The notes beneath the pieces are model-generated. The model made no database searches and was not told the origin of the DNA. It saw only the letters and a list, made by a program, of their open reading frames with translations. Both the position numbers and the translations under genes were made by a program. Positions 8,839 through 19,051 of a stretch of DNA of 32,000 nucleotides are shown here, one piece after another (positions within the stretch are counted from its first letter, which is position 1; each line of letters opens with the position of its first letter). The stretch is from contig NC_017080.1 in assembly GCF_000284115.1 (NCBI RefSeq), forward strand, positions 3,480,001 through 3,512,000, read 5' to 3'. The stretch is from Phycisphaera mikurensis NBRC 102666. Lineage in GTDB: Bacteria > Planctomycetota > Phycisphaerae > Phycisphaerales > Phycisphaeraceae.

Positions 8839-8879
8839 CGCGGGGCCTGGCGTCCCGCGCGATCGAGCCGGGCCCCGCG
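8839..8879. terminator. Candidate bidirectional terminator: 9-bp perfect inverted repeat CGCGGGGCC...GGCCCCGCG between convergent genes
   Basis: Arms at 8839-8847 and 8871-8879, immediately after the argJ stop. No U-tract. Confidence 0.35.
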
Positions 8880-9024
8880 CGGCGGACACGGGGCAAGGCG
8901 GAGCCACAGCGAAGCGCCGACGCCCGGGAGGCCCTCGCCGCGGGAGCGCCCGCCCGCCCCCGCGTGCGGACGCGAGGTCTTCACCCAGCGCAACCCCGCC
9001 GCGGACCGCCGGCCGTTTCGGGCT

Positions 9025-9987
<963 letters not shown>

Positions 9988-10059
9988 CGCAGAGGCTCCG
10001 GGGCTCCCATCCGGCGCTTGAACCTAGGTAGCATCCCCGCGTCGCTCCTACCTTCGCGG

Positions 10060-11016
10060 ATGCTCCCCTTCCGAACCCGGCTGCGCCCGCTCGCCACCGC
10101 CGCGTTGGTGCTGCTGCTCGCGCCGCTGGCGACCGCCCAGCGAGCCCTCCCCGGGGCGCCCACCGACGGCGACGACGACCCCACCGCCATCCCCGCCCCG
10201 CTGCGGGGCGTGGACGTCGGGCAACGCATCGGCAACGCCGTCCCGCTCGACGCCCCGCTGCTCGACGAGAGCGGGAACACGGTCCGCCTGCGCGACTACC
10301 TCGCCGACGGCGAGGGCAACCCGGTGCCGGTGCTCCTGAACCTGGGGTACTACGACTGCCCGCTGCTGTGCGTGCCGGTGCGGACCGGCATCGCCGACGC
10401 CGCCCGGCAGGCCGCGGCGGTGCCGGGTCGGGACTACCGGATCGTGTCGATCTCGATCAAGCCCGAGGAGTCACCGGACGTGGCGAACCTCTACAAGACG
10501 CGGGCCCTCAAGCGGATGAACCGCCTCGACACCACCGACGCCTCGTGGGCCTTCCTGACCGGGCCGGAGTCGTCCGTGCGGCCGATCGCCGACGCGGTCG
10601 GGTTCGGCTACCGGTACCTGCCGGCCCAGGACGACTACGCCCACGGCGCCTACATCACGTTCCTCTCGCCCGGCGAGGGCGACGAGACCACGCCGGGCAC
10701 CGTCACCAGCTACCTCAACGGCGTCAAGTACCCGCCCCAGCAGCTCGATCTCGCCATCGGCGACGCCTCCGCCGGCAGCCTCGGCTCGCCCTTCGCGGGG
10801 CTGATCGCGTGGTGCTACCAGTTCAGCGGGGCCCACGGGCAGTACGTGATCGTCGCCAAGCGGGTGATGGCGCTCGCTGGGCTGGTGATCCTCGTCGTGC
10901 TGGTCGTCGTCCTCGGCCTCCTGTTCAAGTGGGAGCGAGCCCGCCACGCCCGGCTCCGGGCGGGCGGGGCCGGCGGGGGCGAAGCCGACGACGCGGGAGC
11001 GCCCGCCGCGGGCTGA
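10060..11016 (+). CDS. SCO1/SenC-family copper-delivery protein with C-terminal transmembrane anchor
   Basis: Signal peptide 'LATAALVLLLAPLATAQ', thioredoxin-like SCO motif 'VLLNLGYYDCPLLCVPV' (CxxxC), C-terminal TM 'VMALAGLVILVVLVVVLGLLF'. Directly upstream of the cox genes. Confidence 0.85.
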   Translation: MLPFRTRLRPLATAALVLLLAPLATAQRALPGAPTDGDDDPTAIPAPLRGVDVGQRIGNAVPLDAPLLDESGNTVRLRDYLADGEGNPVPVLLNLGYYDCPLLCVPVRTGIADAARQAAAVPGRDYRIVSISIKPEESPDVANLYKTRALKRMNRLDTTDASWAFLTGPESSVRPIADAVGFGYRYLPAQDDYAHGAYITFLSPGEGDETTPGTVTSYLNGVKYPPQQLDLAIGDASAGSLGSPFAGLIAWCYQFSGAHGQYVIVAKRVMALAGLVILVVLVVVLGLLFKWERARHARLRAGGAGGGEADDAGAPAAG

Positions 11017-11158
11017 GGCCGGGGACCGCCCCGCGGCCGCCCCGGCTAGACTCGATCCGGCCCGCTGCTCCACCCGATGACGGGTGCGCCGGGCCCTCCC
11101 ACCGCTCCCCGCGAGGCCCGCCGCACCCGCGCCCCGCCGTTCCCGAAGCCGCTTCGCC

Positions 11159-12406
11159 ATGGCCGACCACACCGAAGAACCCACGACCCTCGCCGACGCT
11201 CCGCCGGAGGAGAAGCGGAAGGGCACCGCCTTGATCATGGGCGGCATCTTCCTGTTCTTCGCGGCGTGCTTCGTCGCGGCGCTCTTCGTCGAGTGGATGC
11301 CCAGCGACCCGGAGATCGCCGGCGGCTTTGGCTACACGGTCGACCCGCTCTACTCGTTCATCTACTGGACGAGCGTGTTCTTCTTCATCGTGGTGGGTCT
11401 GCTGATGTTCGTCTTCGCCGCCCTGGGGCGGCAGCGCAAGCACGAGCGCAACGAGGTCCGCCACGGGGCGACCCACAACACGCTCCTGGAGATCGGCTGG
11501 ACCACCCCGCCGCTCATCCTCGTGCTCGCCTTCTTCCTCCTGGGCTTCCGCGGCTACCTCGACATGGTCACGATCCCCGGCGGCGCCGGCGGCGCCTACC
11601 TGGTCGACGTCGAGGCGTACCAGTGGGGCTGGCAGTTCACCTACCCCAACGGCGGCGTCAACTCCGGCGGTGCGAACCAGGTCGTGCTCGACGTGCCCGC
11701 CGGGCGGCCGGTGCGGTTCAGGCTGTCCTCGCGCGACGTTCTGCACTCGCTTTACCTGCCCGACCAGCGGATCAAGAAGGACTGCGTGCCGGGCCGGTAC
11801 AACGAGATGTGGATCGAGGTGCCCGTGAGCGACCAGATCCAGCCCGGCGGCGTCTACAAGGACTTCGCGCTGCGTTGCACCGAGTACTGCGGCCAGCAGC
11901 ACAGCCAGATGAACGGCATCCTCCGCGTCTGGCACCCCGACGACTGGGCCGCCCGCGAAGAGGCGATCAACACCTGGAACAAGCCCGAAGCCGACGGCAG
12001 CCGGATGAGCCCCGTCGAGCTGGGGAAGTACGTGTGGGAGCAGAGCGGCGGCTGCGTCTCGTGCCACTCCATCGACGGCAGCTCCGGCACGGGCCCGAGC
12101 TGGAAGAACCTCTACAGCCCCGGCGGCGGCGACCACGAGCACCCCGGCATCGACGAGATCGACGAGGCGTACATCCTCGAGTCGATCTACTACCCCGGCA
12201 ACTACATCGTGCCCGGCTACCCGAATCAGATGGCCAGCTACGCCGGGCAGCTGAACTACGGCGACGTGCTCGCCGTGGACGCGTTCATCCGCAGCATCAG
12301 CGAGGGCTTCCCCGAGGACCAGATCCGCAAGGAGTGGCCCGCCGAGTACGACGGCCGCACCTGGCTGGACATGAGCAACCAGCCCACCGGGCCCCCGCTG
12401 AAGTGA
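11159..12406 (+). CDS. coxB: Cytochrome c oxidase subunit II with C-terminal cytochrome c domain (caa3-type)
   Basis: TM segments, then a CuA domain with 'VPGRYNEMWIEV...CTEYCGQQHSQM' and a C-terminal heme-binding 'GGCVSCHSIDG' (CxxCH at 12053-12067). Confidence 0.93.
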   Translation: MADHTEEPTTLADAPPEEKRKGTALIMGGIFLFFAACFVAALFVEWMPSDPEIAGGFGYTVDPLYSFIYWTSVFFFIVVGLLMFVFAALGRQRKHERNEVRHGATHNTLLEIGWTTPPLILVLAFFLLGFRGYLDMVTIPGGAGGAYLVDVEAYQWGWQFTYPNGGVNSGGANQVVLDVPAGRPVRFRLSSRDVLHSLYLPDQRIKKDCVPGRYNEMWIEVPVSDQIQPGGVYKDFALRCTEYCGQQHSQMNGILRVWHPDDWAAREEAINTWNKPEADGSRMSPVELGKYVWEQSGGCVSCHSIDGSSGTGPSWKNLYSPGGGDHEHPGIDEIDEAYILESIYYPGNYIVPGYPNQMASYAGQLNYGDVLAVDAFIRSISEGFPEDQIRKEWPAEYDGRTWLDMSNQPTGPPLK

Positions 12407-12769
12407 GGCGGATGCCCGGGACCCAGACGCTCGGGGTGCCGCCCGCCGGCTCGGGACGCGGCGAAACGGGGAGCCGCCGGACCGCCGCGGAGCCGCCGAA
12501 CCGGCCCGAGCCGTCCGCCGGAGCGCCCGAGCCCGCCGGCCCCACCCCGGCCGATCCGCCCGGTGCCTCCTTCCGCGGGTTCTGCGGCTCGCTCCGGGCG
12601 GACCCGCAACAAAGCCGAAGACGATCCATGGAATCCGCGGACCGCCGGCTAAAATCGTCCGAAACAGTCACGGTCCGCGGATTTTGAAGCCCAGCAGACC
12701 GTCTTAGACTCCGATCGCACCCTGAGCGTCGCCCGCACCGCGCCGCCCCCCAGCCGAAGGCTGAAACCC

Positions 12770-14560
12770 ATGAGCGTCATCGACCAACCCAGCGGAGGCG
12801 TGCTGGCCCCCCAGCCCCGCGATCCTTCCACCGACCTCGAGGCCGCCGGCGGCCACACCGACCAGTGGGGCAACCCGGTCGACGTCAGCGGCACGAACAA
12901 CTACATCACGTACGGCAAGGGGTTTCTGTCGTGGGCGCTCACGATCGACCACAAGCGCATCGCGCTCATGTACCTGGTCGGCGTGCTGGCGGCGTTCTTC
13001 CTCGGCGGCACGATGGCCATCGTCCTGCGGACGATGCTGCTGACCAACAGCGACTTCGCCGCGGGCGCCGAGGGCCTCAAGAGCGTCGAGTACCTGAAGT
13101 TTTACAACCAGGCCTTCACGATCCACGGGGCCGTGATGGTGTTCATGTTCATCATCCCGGCGATCCCGGGCGTGATCGGCAACTTCGCCCTGCCCATGAT
13201 GGTCGGGGCGAAGGACGTCGCGTTCCCGAAGCTCAACCTGATGAGCTTCTACTGCTGGCTCGTCGGCTCGATCATGTTCCTGATCGTGCTCACCCAAGGC
13301 GGCTTGGACACCGGCTGGACCTTCTACACGCCGTACTCGATCCAGACGACCACCGCGGCGACGTGGGCGGTCATGGGTGCCTTCGTGCTCGGCTTCGCCT
13401 CGATCCTCACGGGCGTCAACTTCATCGCGACGGTCCACATGCTCCGCCCGGCGAGCCAGGGCTGGTTCCGCCTGCCGCTGCTTCTGTGGGCTCTGTACGC
13501 CACCGCGATCATCCAGATCCTCGCCACCCCGGTGCTGGCGATCACGCTGCTGCTGGTGGCGGCCGAGCGGACGCTGGGCGTGGGCATCTTCGACCCGGCC
13601 CTCGGCGGCGACCCGGTGCTCTTCCAGCACTTCTTCTGGTTCTACAGCCACCCGGCCGTGTACATCATGATCTTGCCCGCCCTGGGCGTGGTCAGCGAGA
13701 TCGTCTCGGTCTTCAGCCGCAAGCACATCTTCGGCTACAAGTTCATCGCCTTCAGCTCGCTGGCGATCGCTCTGTTCGGCTTCATCGTGTGGGGCCACCA
13801 CATGTTCACCAGCGGCCAGAGCTGGCTGCTGAACGCGCTGTTCTCGCTCGTCTCGATGAGCGTGGCGATCCCCTCGGCCGTGAAGGTGTTCAACTGGCTG
13901 GCGACGATGTACCGCGGCCGCATCCGGCTCGACACGCCCATGCTTTACGCGATGGGCTTCATCTGGCTGTTCACGATCGGCGGCCTCACCGGCCTCTTCC
14001 TGGCGAGCCTCAGCGTCGACATCCACTTCCACGACACGTACTTCGTGGTCGCCCACTTCCACTACGTGATGGTGGGCTCGACGCTCTTCGCCTTCATCGG
14101 CGGCCTCTACTACTGGTGGCCGAAGATGTTCGGCAAGGGCTACGACGAATACTGGGGCCGCATCGGCGCGATCGTCGTCTTCCTGGGCTTCAACCTGACC
14201 TTCTTCATCCAGTTCCTCGCCGGTTCGCTGGGCATGCCCCGCCGCTACGGCGACTACGCCGACGAGTTCCAGGTCTACCACATCGTCTCGACGATCGGCA
14301 GCTACGTGCTGACGGTGGGCCTGTTCATCGTGCTGTTCAACTGGATCTGGAGCCTGTGGAAGGGCAAGGCCGCGCCGGCCAACCCCTGGGGCGCCAACAC
14401 CCCCGAGTGGCAGTCGACCAGCCCGCCCGAGCACGCGAACTTCAAGACCGCCCCGATCATCACGGATCCCTACTGCTTCGACGGCTGGGCGTACCGCGAG
14501 GACATCGACGGCTACGTCATGCGGGACGATTACGAGGAGCGGTCGGTGCCGCGGCACTGA
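12770..14560 (+). CDS. coxA: Cytochrome c oxidase subunit I (A2-type heme-copper oxidase)
   Basis: '[45 protein letters not shown]', '[24 protein letters not shown]', 'GHHMFTSG', '[19 protein letters not shown]'. 596 aa. Confidence 0.96.
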   Translation: MSVIDQPSGGVLAPQPRDPSTDLEAAGGHTDQWGNPVDVSGTNNYITYGKGFLSWALTIDHKRIALMYLVGVLAAFFLGGTMAIVLRTMLLTNSDFAAGAEGLKSVEYLKFYNQAFTIHGAVMVFMFIIPAIPGVIGNFALPMMVGAKDVAFPKLNLMSFYCWLVGSIMFLIVLTQGGLDTGWTFYTPYSIQTTTAATWAVMGAFVLGFASILTGVNFIATVHMLRPASQGWFRLPLLLWALYATAIIQILATPVLAITLLLVAAERTLGVGIFDPALGGDPVLFQHFFWFYSHPAVYIMILPALGVVSEIVSVFSRKHIFGYKFIAFSSLAIALFGFIVWGHHMFTSGQSWLLNALFSLVSMSVAIPSAVKVFNWLATMYRGRIRLDTPMLYAMGFIWLFTIGGLTGLFLASLSVDIHFHDTYFVVAHFHYVMVGSTLFAFIGGLYYWWPKMFGKGYDEYWGRIGAIVVFLGFNLTFFIQFLAGSLGMPRRYGDYADEFQVYHIVSTIGSYVLTVGLFIVLFNWIWSLWKGKAAPANPWGANTPEWQSTSPPEHANFKTAPIITDPYCFDGWAYREDIDGYVMRDDYEERSVPRH

Positions 14561-14800
14561 GGTCATCCGGCTCCGGCGGGGCGGGTCCCGGCGCCTCGGT
14601 GCCTGTGTGTCGGCGGAGCCACCGCTTTGGGGGAGGCGCTGCCGTGGGGCCGGCGGCGCCGCCCCGACGCACCCGGCGGAGCGGCCCACCGGCCTCTTTT
14701 CGCCGCTTCAACCGATGAGCCCGATGAGCCCGACACCGCGGCCCCAAGGCTCGACGAGCGGTCGGGGACGCCGGCCGCTTCTTCTTTAGACTCCCAACCC

Positions 14801-16159
14801 ATGAGCGCCACCGCCGACCCCGCCCAGAACCCCGCCGACGACGGCGGGCATCACGACGCCCACGGCGAGCACGGGCACGACCCGAACCTGGCCCATCACT
14901 TCGACACGATGGAGCAGCAGTTCGAGTCGGGCAAGCTGGGCATGTGGGTGTTCCTCGCGACCGAGATCCTGATGTTCGGCGGGCTCTTCTGCGCCTACGC
15001 CATCTACCGGGGCAACAACCCCGAGATCTTCCTGTTCGCGCACCAGGCGCTGGACACGAACATGGGCGCGATCAACACCGTCGTCCTGCTGGCCAGCTCG
15101 TTCACGATGGCCGTGGGCGTGAAGGCGGCGTCGCAGGGGCGTCAGGCGCTGCTGCTGTCGATGCTGGTCATCACCTTCCTCGGCGGCGTGGGGTTCATGA
15201 CCATCAAGTCGATGGAGTACGTGGCCAAGTGGGACAAGGGCCTGTGGATCGGCGACAAGAACGTCTTCTATGCCAACGCCGAGGGCTTCGAGAGCGCCGA
15301 GGCGAAGCAGAAGAAGGAGGACTCGACGATCCAGTACATCGAGAGCCACGGCCACGGGGACGGCCACGGGGGCGACGCGAGCCACGACGCGCCCGCGGCG
15401 CACGGCGGCGACGCGGCGCACGCCGGTGACCACAGCGACGCCCCGCTGGAGATGACCGACCGCAGAGCGGGCGTGCCGGGCGGCACCCCCGGGGAAGTGC
15501 ACGACGGGCCCGTCGCCGAGAACGCCGCGGTGGGCGGCCACGCGGACGCGCCGGTGACCGAGGATCCCGCGGAGGTGGCCGCCGGCCGGCCCGGCGAGAA
15601 CGCCGCCGTGCAGCCCGGCAACACGACCGGCGTCGGGCTCGCCGAGGACCACGGCTCCGGCTCCTCCCCGGCCCCCGGGCCCGACGCGGCGGACGTGGTG
15701 ACGCAGCCCGCCCCGGTGCTCGGCGGGACCCCCTCCTGGCCGCCGGTGCCGGCGGACCACATGGTGCTTCCCGCCCCGGTGAACCTCGCGGCGGCGACCA
15801 ACGAGCCCTTCCTCAACGCCGCCCCGGAGGTGGGCGTGATCGAGGGCATGGTCAGCGGCTCGGCGGAGGTGCAGGCCAAGGAGCTGGCCGGGCCCAAGCA
15901 GTACCCCGGGTTCCACAGCCTCTCGCCGCTGGACCAGGAGCGGACGCACATCTTCTTCCAGATCTACTTTGTGATGACGGGCCTCCACGGCCTGCACGTG
16001 CTCATCGGGATGGGGCTGATCTTCTGGGTCACGGTGGCCGCGATCAAGACGCCCTTCGGGCCGGCCTACTACGCCCCGGTCGACATCGTCGGCCTGTACT
16101 GGCACCTGGTCGATCTCATCTGGATCTTCCTGTTCCCGCTGCTGTACCTCATCCACTAA
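14801..16159 (+). CDS. coxC: Cytochrome c oxidase subunit III carrying a very large (~230 aa) hydrophilic insertion
   Basis: N-terminal 'LGMWVFLATEILMFGGLFCAYAIYR' and C-terminal 'RTHIFFQIYFVMTGLHGLHVLIGMGLIFWV...YWHLVDLIWIFLFPLLYLI' are canonical COX3. Between them is a low-complexity Ala/Gly/His/Asp/Pro-rich segment. Confidence 0.92.
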   Translation: MSATADPAQNPADDGGHHDAHGEHGHDPNLAHHFDTMEQQFESGKLGMWVFLATEILMFGGLFCAYAIYRGNNPEIFLFAHQALDTNMGAINTVVLLASSFTMAVGVKAASQGRQALLLSMLVITFLGGVGFMTIKSMEYVAKWDKGLWIGDKNVFYANAEGFESAEAKQKKEDSTIQYIESHGHGDGHGGDASHDAPAAHGGDAAHAGDHSDAPLEMTDRRAGVPGGTPGEVHDGPVAENAAVGGHADAPVTEDPAEVAAGRPGENAAVQPGNTTGVGLAEDHGSGSSPAPGPDAADVVTQPAPVLGGTPSWPPVPADHMVLPAPVNLAAATNEPFLNAAPEVGVIEGMVSGSAEVQAKELAGPKQYPGFHSLSPLDQERTHIFFQIYFVMTGLHGLHVLIGMGLIFWVTVAAIKTPFGPAYYAPVDIVGLYWHLVDLIWIFLFPLLYLIH

Positions 16160-16260
16160 GCCCGCCGGGCGTGCCCCGCCCCGCCCCCGCACCCCTCCCC
16201 GACCCGCCGGGGCCGCGCCCCGGCGTGGAGCCAACCAACCCTCAAGCAAGCAGCAACACG

Positions 16261-16701
16261 ATGTCGGAAGCACTCGAACAGGACAAGCTCGGCGGCGAGT
16301 CCGCGGCGGAAGCCCAGGGTCCCGCCCGCCGCGTCGAGGCGCACGCGCACGGGTTCGGCGACGCGAACGCCGACCACGACCACCACGACCACGGCCCCAG
16401 CTACAAGCTGCTGACCCTGGTCTTCGTCACGCTGCTCGCCCTGACGTGGCTGACCGTGCACGTCGTCAACTACGACTTCGGCTACAACGGCAACCTGATC
16501 CTGGCGATGGCGATCGCGACGGTGAAAGTCGCGGTGGTGGGGCTCTGGTTCATGCACCTGCGCTACGACCCGCCGATCTTCGGCTTCACGCTGCTGCTCT
16601 CCTTCGCGTTCGTCGCGCTGTTCATCATCTTCACGCTGCTGGACACCTCCGAGGTCCTCTACCGCGTGCAGGAAGCGGCGACGACCTCGGCCAGCCAGTA
16701 G
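16261..16701 (+). CDS. Cytochrome c oxidase subunit IV family protein
   Basis: 147-codon frame: 'SYKLLTLVFVTLLALTWLTVHVVNYDFGYNGNLILAMAIATVKVAVVGLWFMHLRYDPPIFGFTLLLSFAFVALFI'. The TVKVAVVGLWFMHLRYD pattern is typical of bacterial COX4 family proteins. Confidence 0.85.
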   Translation: MSEALEQDKLGGESAAEAQGPARRVEAHAHGFGDANADHDHHDHGPSYKLLTLVFVTLLALTWLTVHVVNYDFGYNGNLILAMAIATVKVAVVGLWFMHLRYDPPIFGFTLLLSFAFVALFIIFTLLDTSEVLYRVQEAATTSASQ

Positions 16702-16793
16702 CGGGGGCCGCGGGCCGGGCGGCTCCAAACGGCCCGAAGCACCGGGTGGAGAGCCTGGACGTTTCGGACGTTTTTCGCGCGCTACCATCCCCC

Positions 16794-17465
16794 ATGGAAG
16801 CCGCCGCCGAGACCGCGAACCGCCGCCCGACCCCCCCGCCGCACGTCGTCCCGCGGGGCACGTCGGAGCTGGGCATGTACCTGTTCCTCGCGTCGCTGGG
16901 CCTGCTGTTCGCGGCCTCCATGCTGGGCTACGGCATCTTCCGGATCATGGCGACGATGGAGCGGCAGACAACCGTGTCCGCCGCCGGCTCGGTGCTCAAC
17001 GCGGCGGGAGACTCGGTCCGGCCGCCGCTGCCGCTGCAGAGCCTGAGCCTGCCGTGGCCGCTGTGGTTCTCTTCGGGGGTGATCCTGCTGTCGGGCTGGA
17101 CGCTGCACCGGGCGGTGCAGAAGGTCCGCGTGGAGAAGCTCGCCGAGTTCCGCCAGATGCTCGTGGCGACGCTGCTGCTCTCGATGCTGTTCCTGATCGT
17201 CCAGACGCCGGCGCTGATCGCGCTGGTCATGGAGCGTCAGGCCGATCATGCCACCGCCCTCTCGGGCTTCCTCTTCTTCTTGATCCTGCTGCACGCCCTG
17301 CACGTCGTCGGCGGCGTCGTCCCGCTGTTCAAGGTGACGCTCAGCGCGTACGCCGGGCGCTACGACCACGAGCACTACGGGCCGGTGAAGATGCTGGCGA
17401 TGTACTGGCACTTCCTGGACCTGGTGTGGATCGTGATGTTCGGCGTCTTCCTCGCGCTGGGGTAG
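16794..17465 (+). CDS. Second heme-copper oxidase subunit III-like membrane protein
   Basis: 'GTSELGMYLFLASLGLLFAASMLGY...SGFLFFLILLHALHVVGGVVPLFKV...YGPVKMLAMYWHFLDLVWIVMFGVFLAL' contains COX3-like helices and the 'YWHFLDLVWIVMF' motif. Confidence 0.8.
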   Translation: MEAAAETANRRPTPPPHVVPRGTSELGMYLFLASLGLLFAASMLGYGIFRIMATMERQTTVSAAGSVLNAAGDSVRPPLPLQSLSLPWPLWFSSGVILLSGWTLHRAVQKVRVEKLAEFRQMLVATLLLSMLFLIVQTPALIALVMERQADHATALSGFLFFLILLHALHVVGGVVPLFKVTLSAYAGRYDHEHYGPVKMLAMYWHFLDLVWIVMFGVFLALG

Positions 17466-17554
17466 GCGGAGCGCCGCGGCGTGTGGCCGCCGGGGACACC
17501 CGATCCGGGGGAAGAACCGCCACGCGAGCGGGATCCCGCCTCGCAGAAGGTGCG

Positions 17555-19051
17555 TCACCAGCCGCCGCCGAGGGCGGCGTAGAGGTCGATGAGGCGGAGG
17601 AGCGTCTCGCGCTCGGCGTTGACCTTCAGGCGCTGGATGCCCAGGCGGGTGGTCACGGCTTCGGTCACCGAGAGGAAGTCCGAGGCGCCGGCGGTGTAGC
17701 GGTCGCGGGCGAGCGTTTCGGTGTCCACCGCGGCGGCGGCGGCGGCGGCCAGGCGCCGGACCCGCTCGGCGCCGCGGAAGCGGCGGACGGCGGCGGTCTC
17801 CACCTCGCGCTGCGCTTCGACAACCGCCCGCTCGAACAGGGCGAGCGACTCGCGGCGGCGGGCGTCGGCTCGGACGACGTTGGCGCGGATGCGGCCGCCT
17901 TGGAACAGCGGGAGCGAGACCGATGGCCCCAGCTGCAGGACGCGCGCGTCCCAGTCGGTGGCGTCGCCGACCTGCGGGCCCTGCAGGCGCAGCGATCCGC
18001 TGAGCGTGACACGGGGGAAACGCTCGGCCTCCGCGGCGCCGACGCGCGCCGTGGCGGCGGCGAGGGCCGCGGCGGCCCGGCGGACCTCCGGCCGGCGGAG
18101 CAGGAGGTCCGCCGGCACGCCGGCGGCGGGGAGCGGGCCGTCCAGGACCAGCGCCGCGGCACGCGAGCCGGGCGCCGCCGCGGGACCGGCGCCGCGGGGC
18201 TCGATGACGACCGAGCCGGGGGCGAGGCCCAGCAGCGCGTCGAGTTGGAGCAGCGCCGAGGCCCGCTCCGCGTGCAGGCCGGGCAGCACCGCGAGGTCCT
18301 GCGCGAGAACGCGCTGGGCGCGGGCGGCGTCGAGCGCGTCGCTGAAGCCGGCGGCCTGCCGGGCCTCGGCGATCGAGAGCACGTCGCGGTCGGCGTCGAG
18401 CCCGCGGCGGACCGTTTCGATCTCGGCGTCCAGGGCGCGGACGGTGACGACCTGCCGGGCGACCGAGGCGGCGAGGCTGACGCGGACGGCGCGGAAGTCC
18501 TCCACGGCGAAGGCGATCTCGGCGTCGGCGGCCTCGACGAGGCGGCCCACGCGGCCCCAGAGGTCCAGCTCCCAGCCGGCGACGACGCCCAGCGCGTACA
18601 GCTCGGTCTCGACGCCGGGCGGCGCCCCGTTGAAGGACAGCGCCTCCTCGCCGGTGGCGAGGTAGCCGTAGCTGCCCTCGGCGGTGAGCTGCGGCAGGCG
18701 GTCGGCGTCGACGACGCCGCGGCGGGCCCGGGCGGCGACGATCCGCTCACGGGCGGCGGCGAGATCGAGGCTGCCGACGAGCGCCCGCCGCACCAGCCGC
18801 GTCATCACCGGGTCGTCGAAGCCCTCCCACCAGGCGGAGAGGCCGGCTTCGGCGGGCACGGGCGTCGCCGGCTCCGTGTGGCGGTACCGTTCGTTCAGCC
18901 GGTGATCGAGGTCGGCCTCGGTGGCGTCGGGCCCGACGCGGCAGCCGGCGAGGGCGATCGAAGCCGCGAACGCCGCCGCCAGCCGCGGACCGCGGCCGAT
19001 CCCGGTGCGGAGACCCGACGGTCCGCGGCGCGGGGGGAGCGGGCGCTTCAC
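17555..19051 (-). CDS. Outer-membrane efflux protein, TolC/NodT family lipoprotein
   Basis: 'AASIALAGCRVGPDATEADLDHRLNERYRHTE...LSAWWEGFDDPVMTRLVRRALVGSLDLAAARERI..AR..RGVVDADRLPQLTAEGSY...WELDLWGRVGRLVEAADAEI...ADLLLRRPEVRRAAAALAAATARVGAAEAERFPRVTLSGSL' matches the NodT family. Confidence 0.9.
   Translation of the reverse strand: MKRPLPPRRGPSGLRTGIGRGPRLAAAFAASIALAGCRVGPDATEADLDHRLNERYRHTEPATPVPAEAGLSAWWEGFDDPVMTRLVRRALVGSLDLAAARERIVAARARRGVVDADRLPQLTAEGSYGYLATGEEALSFNGAPPGVETELYALGVVAGWELDLWGRVGRLVEAADAEIAFAVEDFRAVRVSLAASVARQVVTVRALDAEIETVRRGLDADRDVLSIAEARQAAGFSDALDAARAQRVLAQDLAVLPGLHAERASALLQLDALLGLAPGSVVIEPRGAGPAAAPGSRAAALVLDGPLPAAGVPADLLLRRPEVRRAAAALAAATARVGAAEAERFPRVTLSGSLRLQGPQVGDATDWDARVLQLGPSVSLPLFQGGRIRANVVRADARRRESLALFERAVVEAQREVETAAVRRFRGAERVRRLAAAAAAAVDTETLARDRYTAGASDFLSVTEAVTTRLGIQRLKVNAERETLLRLIDLYAALGGGW

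Noticed and set aside
14786-16273. 495-aa minus-strand ORF opposite coxC
   Set aside because: Shadow ORF. The plus strand encodes clear COX3 helices at both ends. The inserted COX3 region stays open in frame, so I attribute it to coxC and not to an inserted antisense gene.
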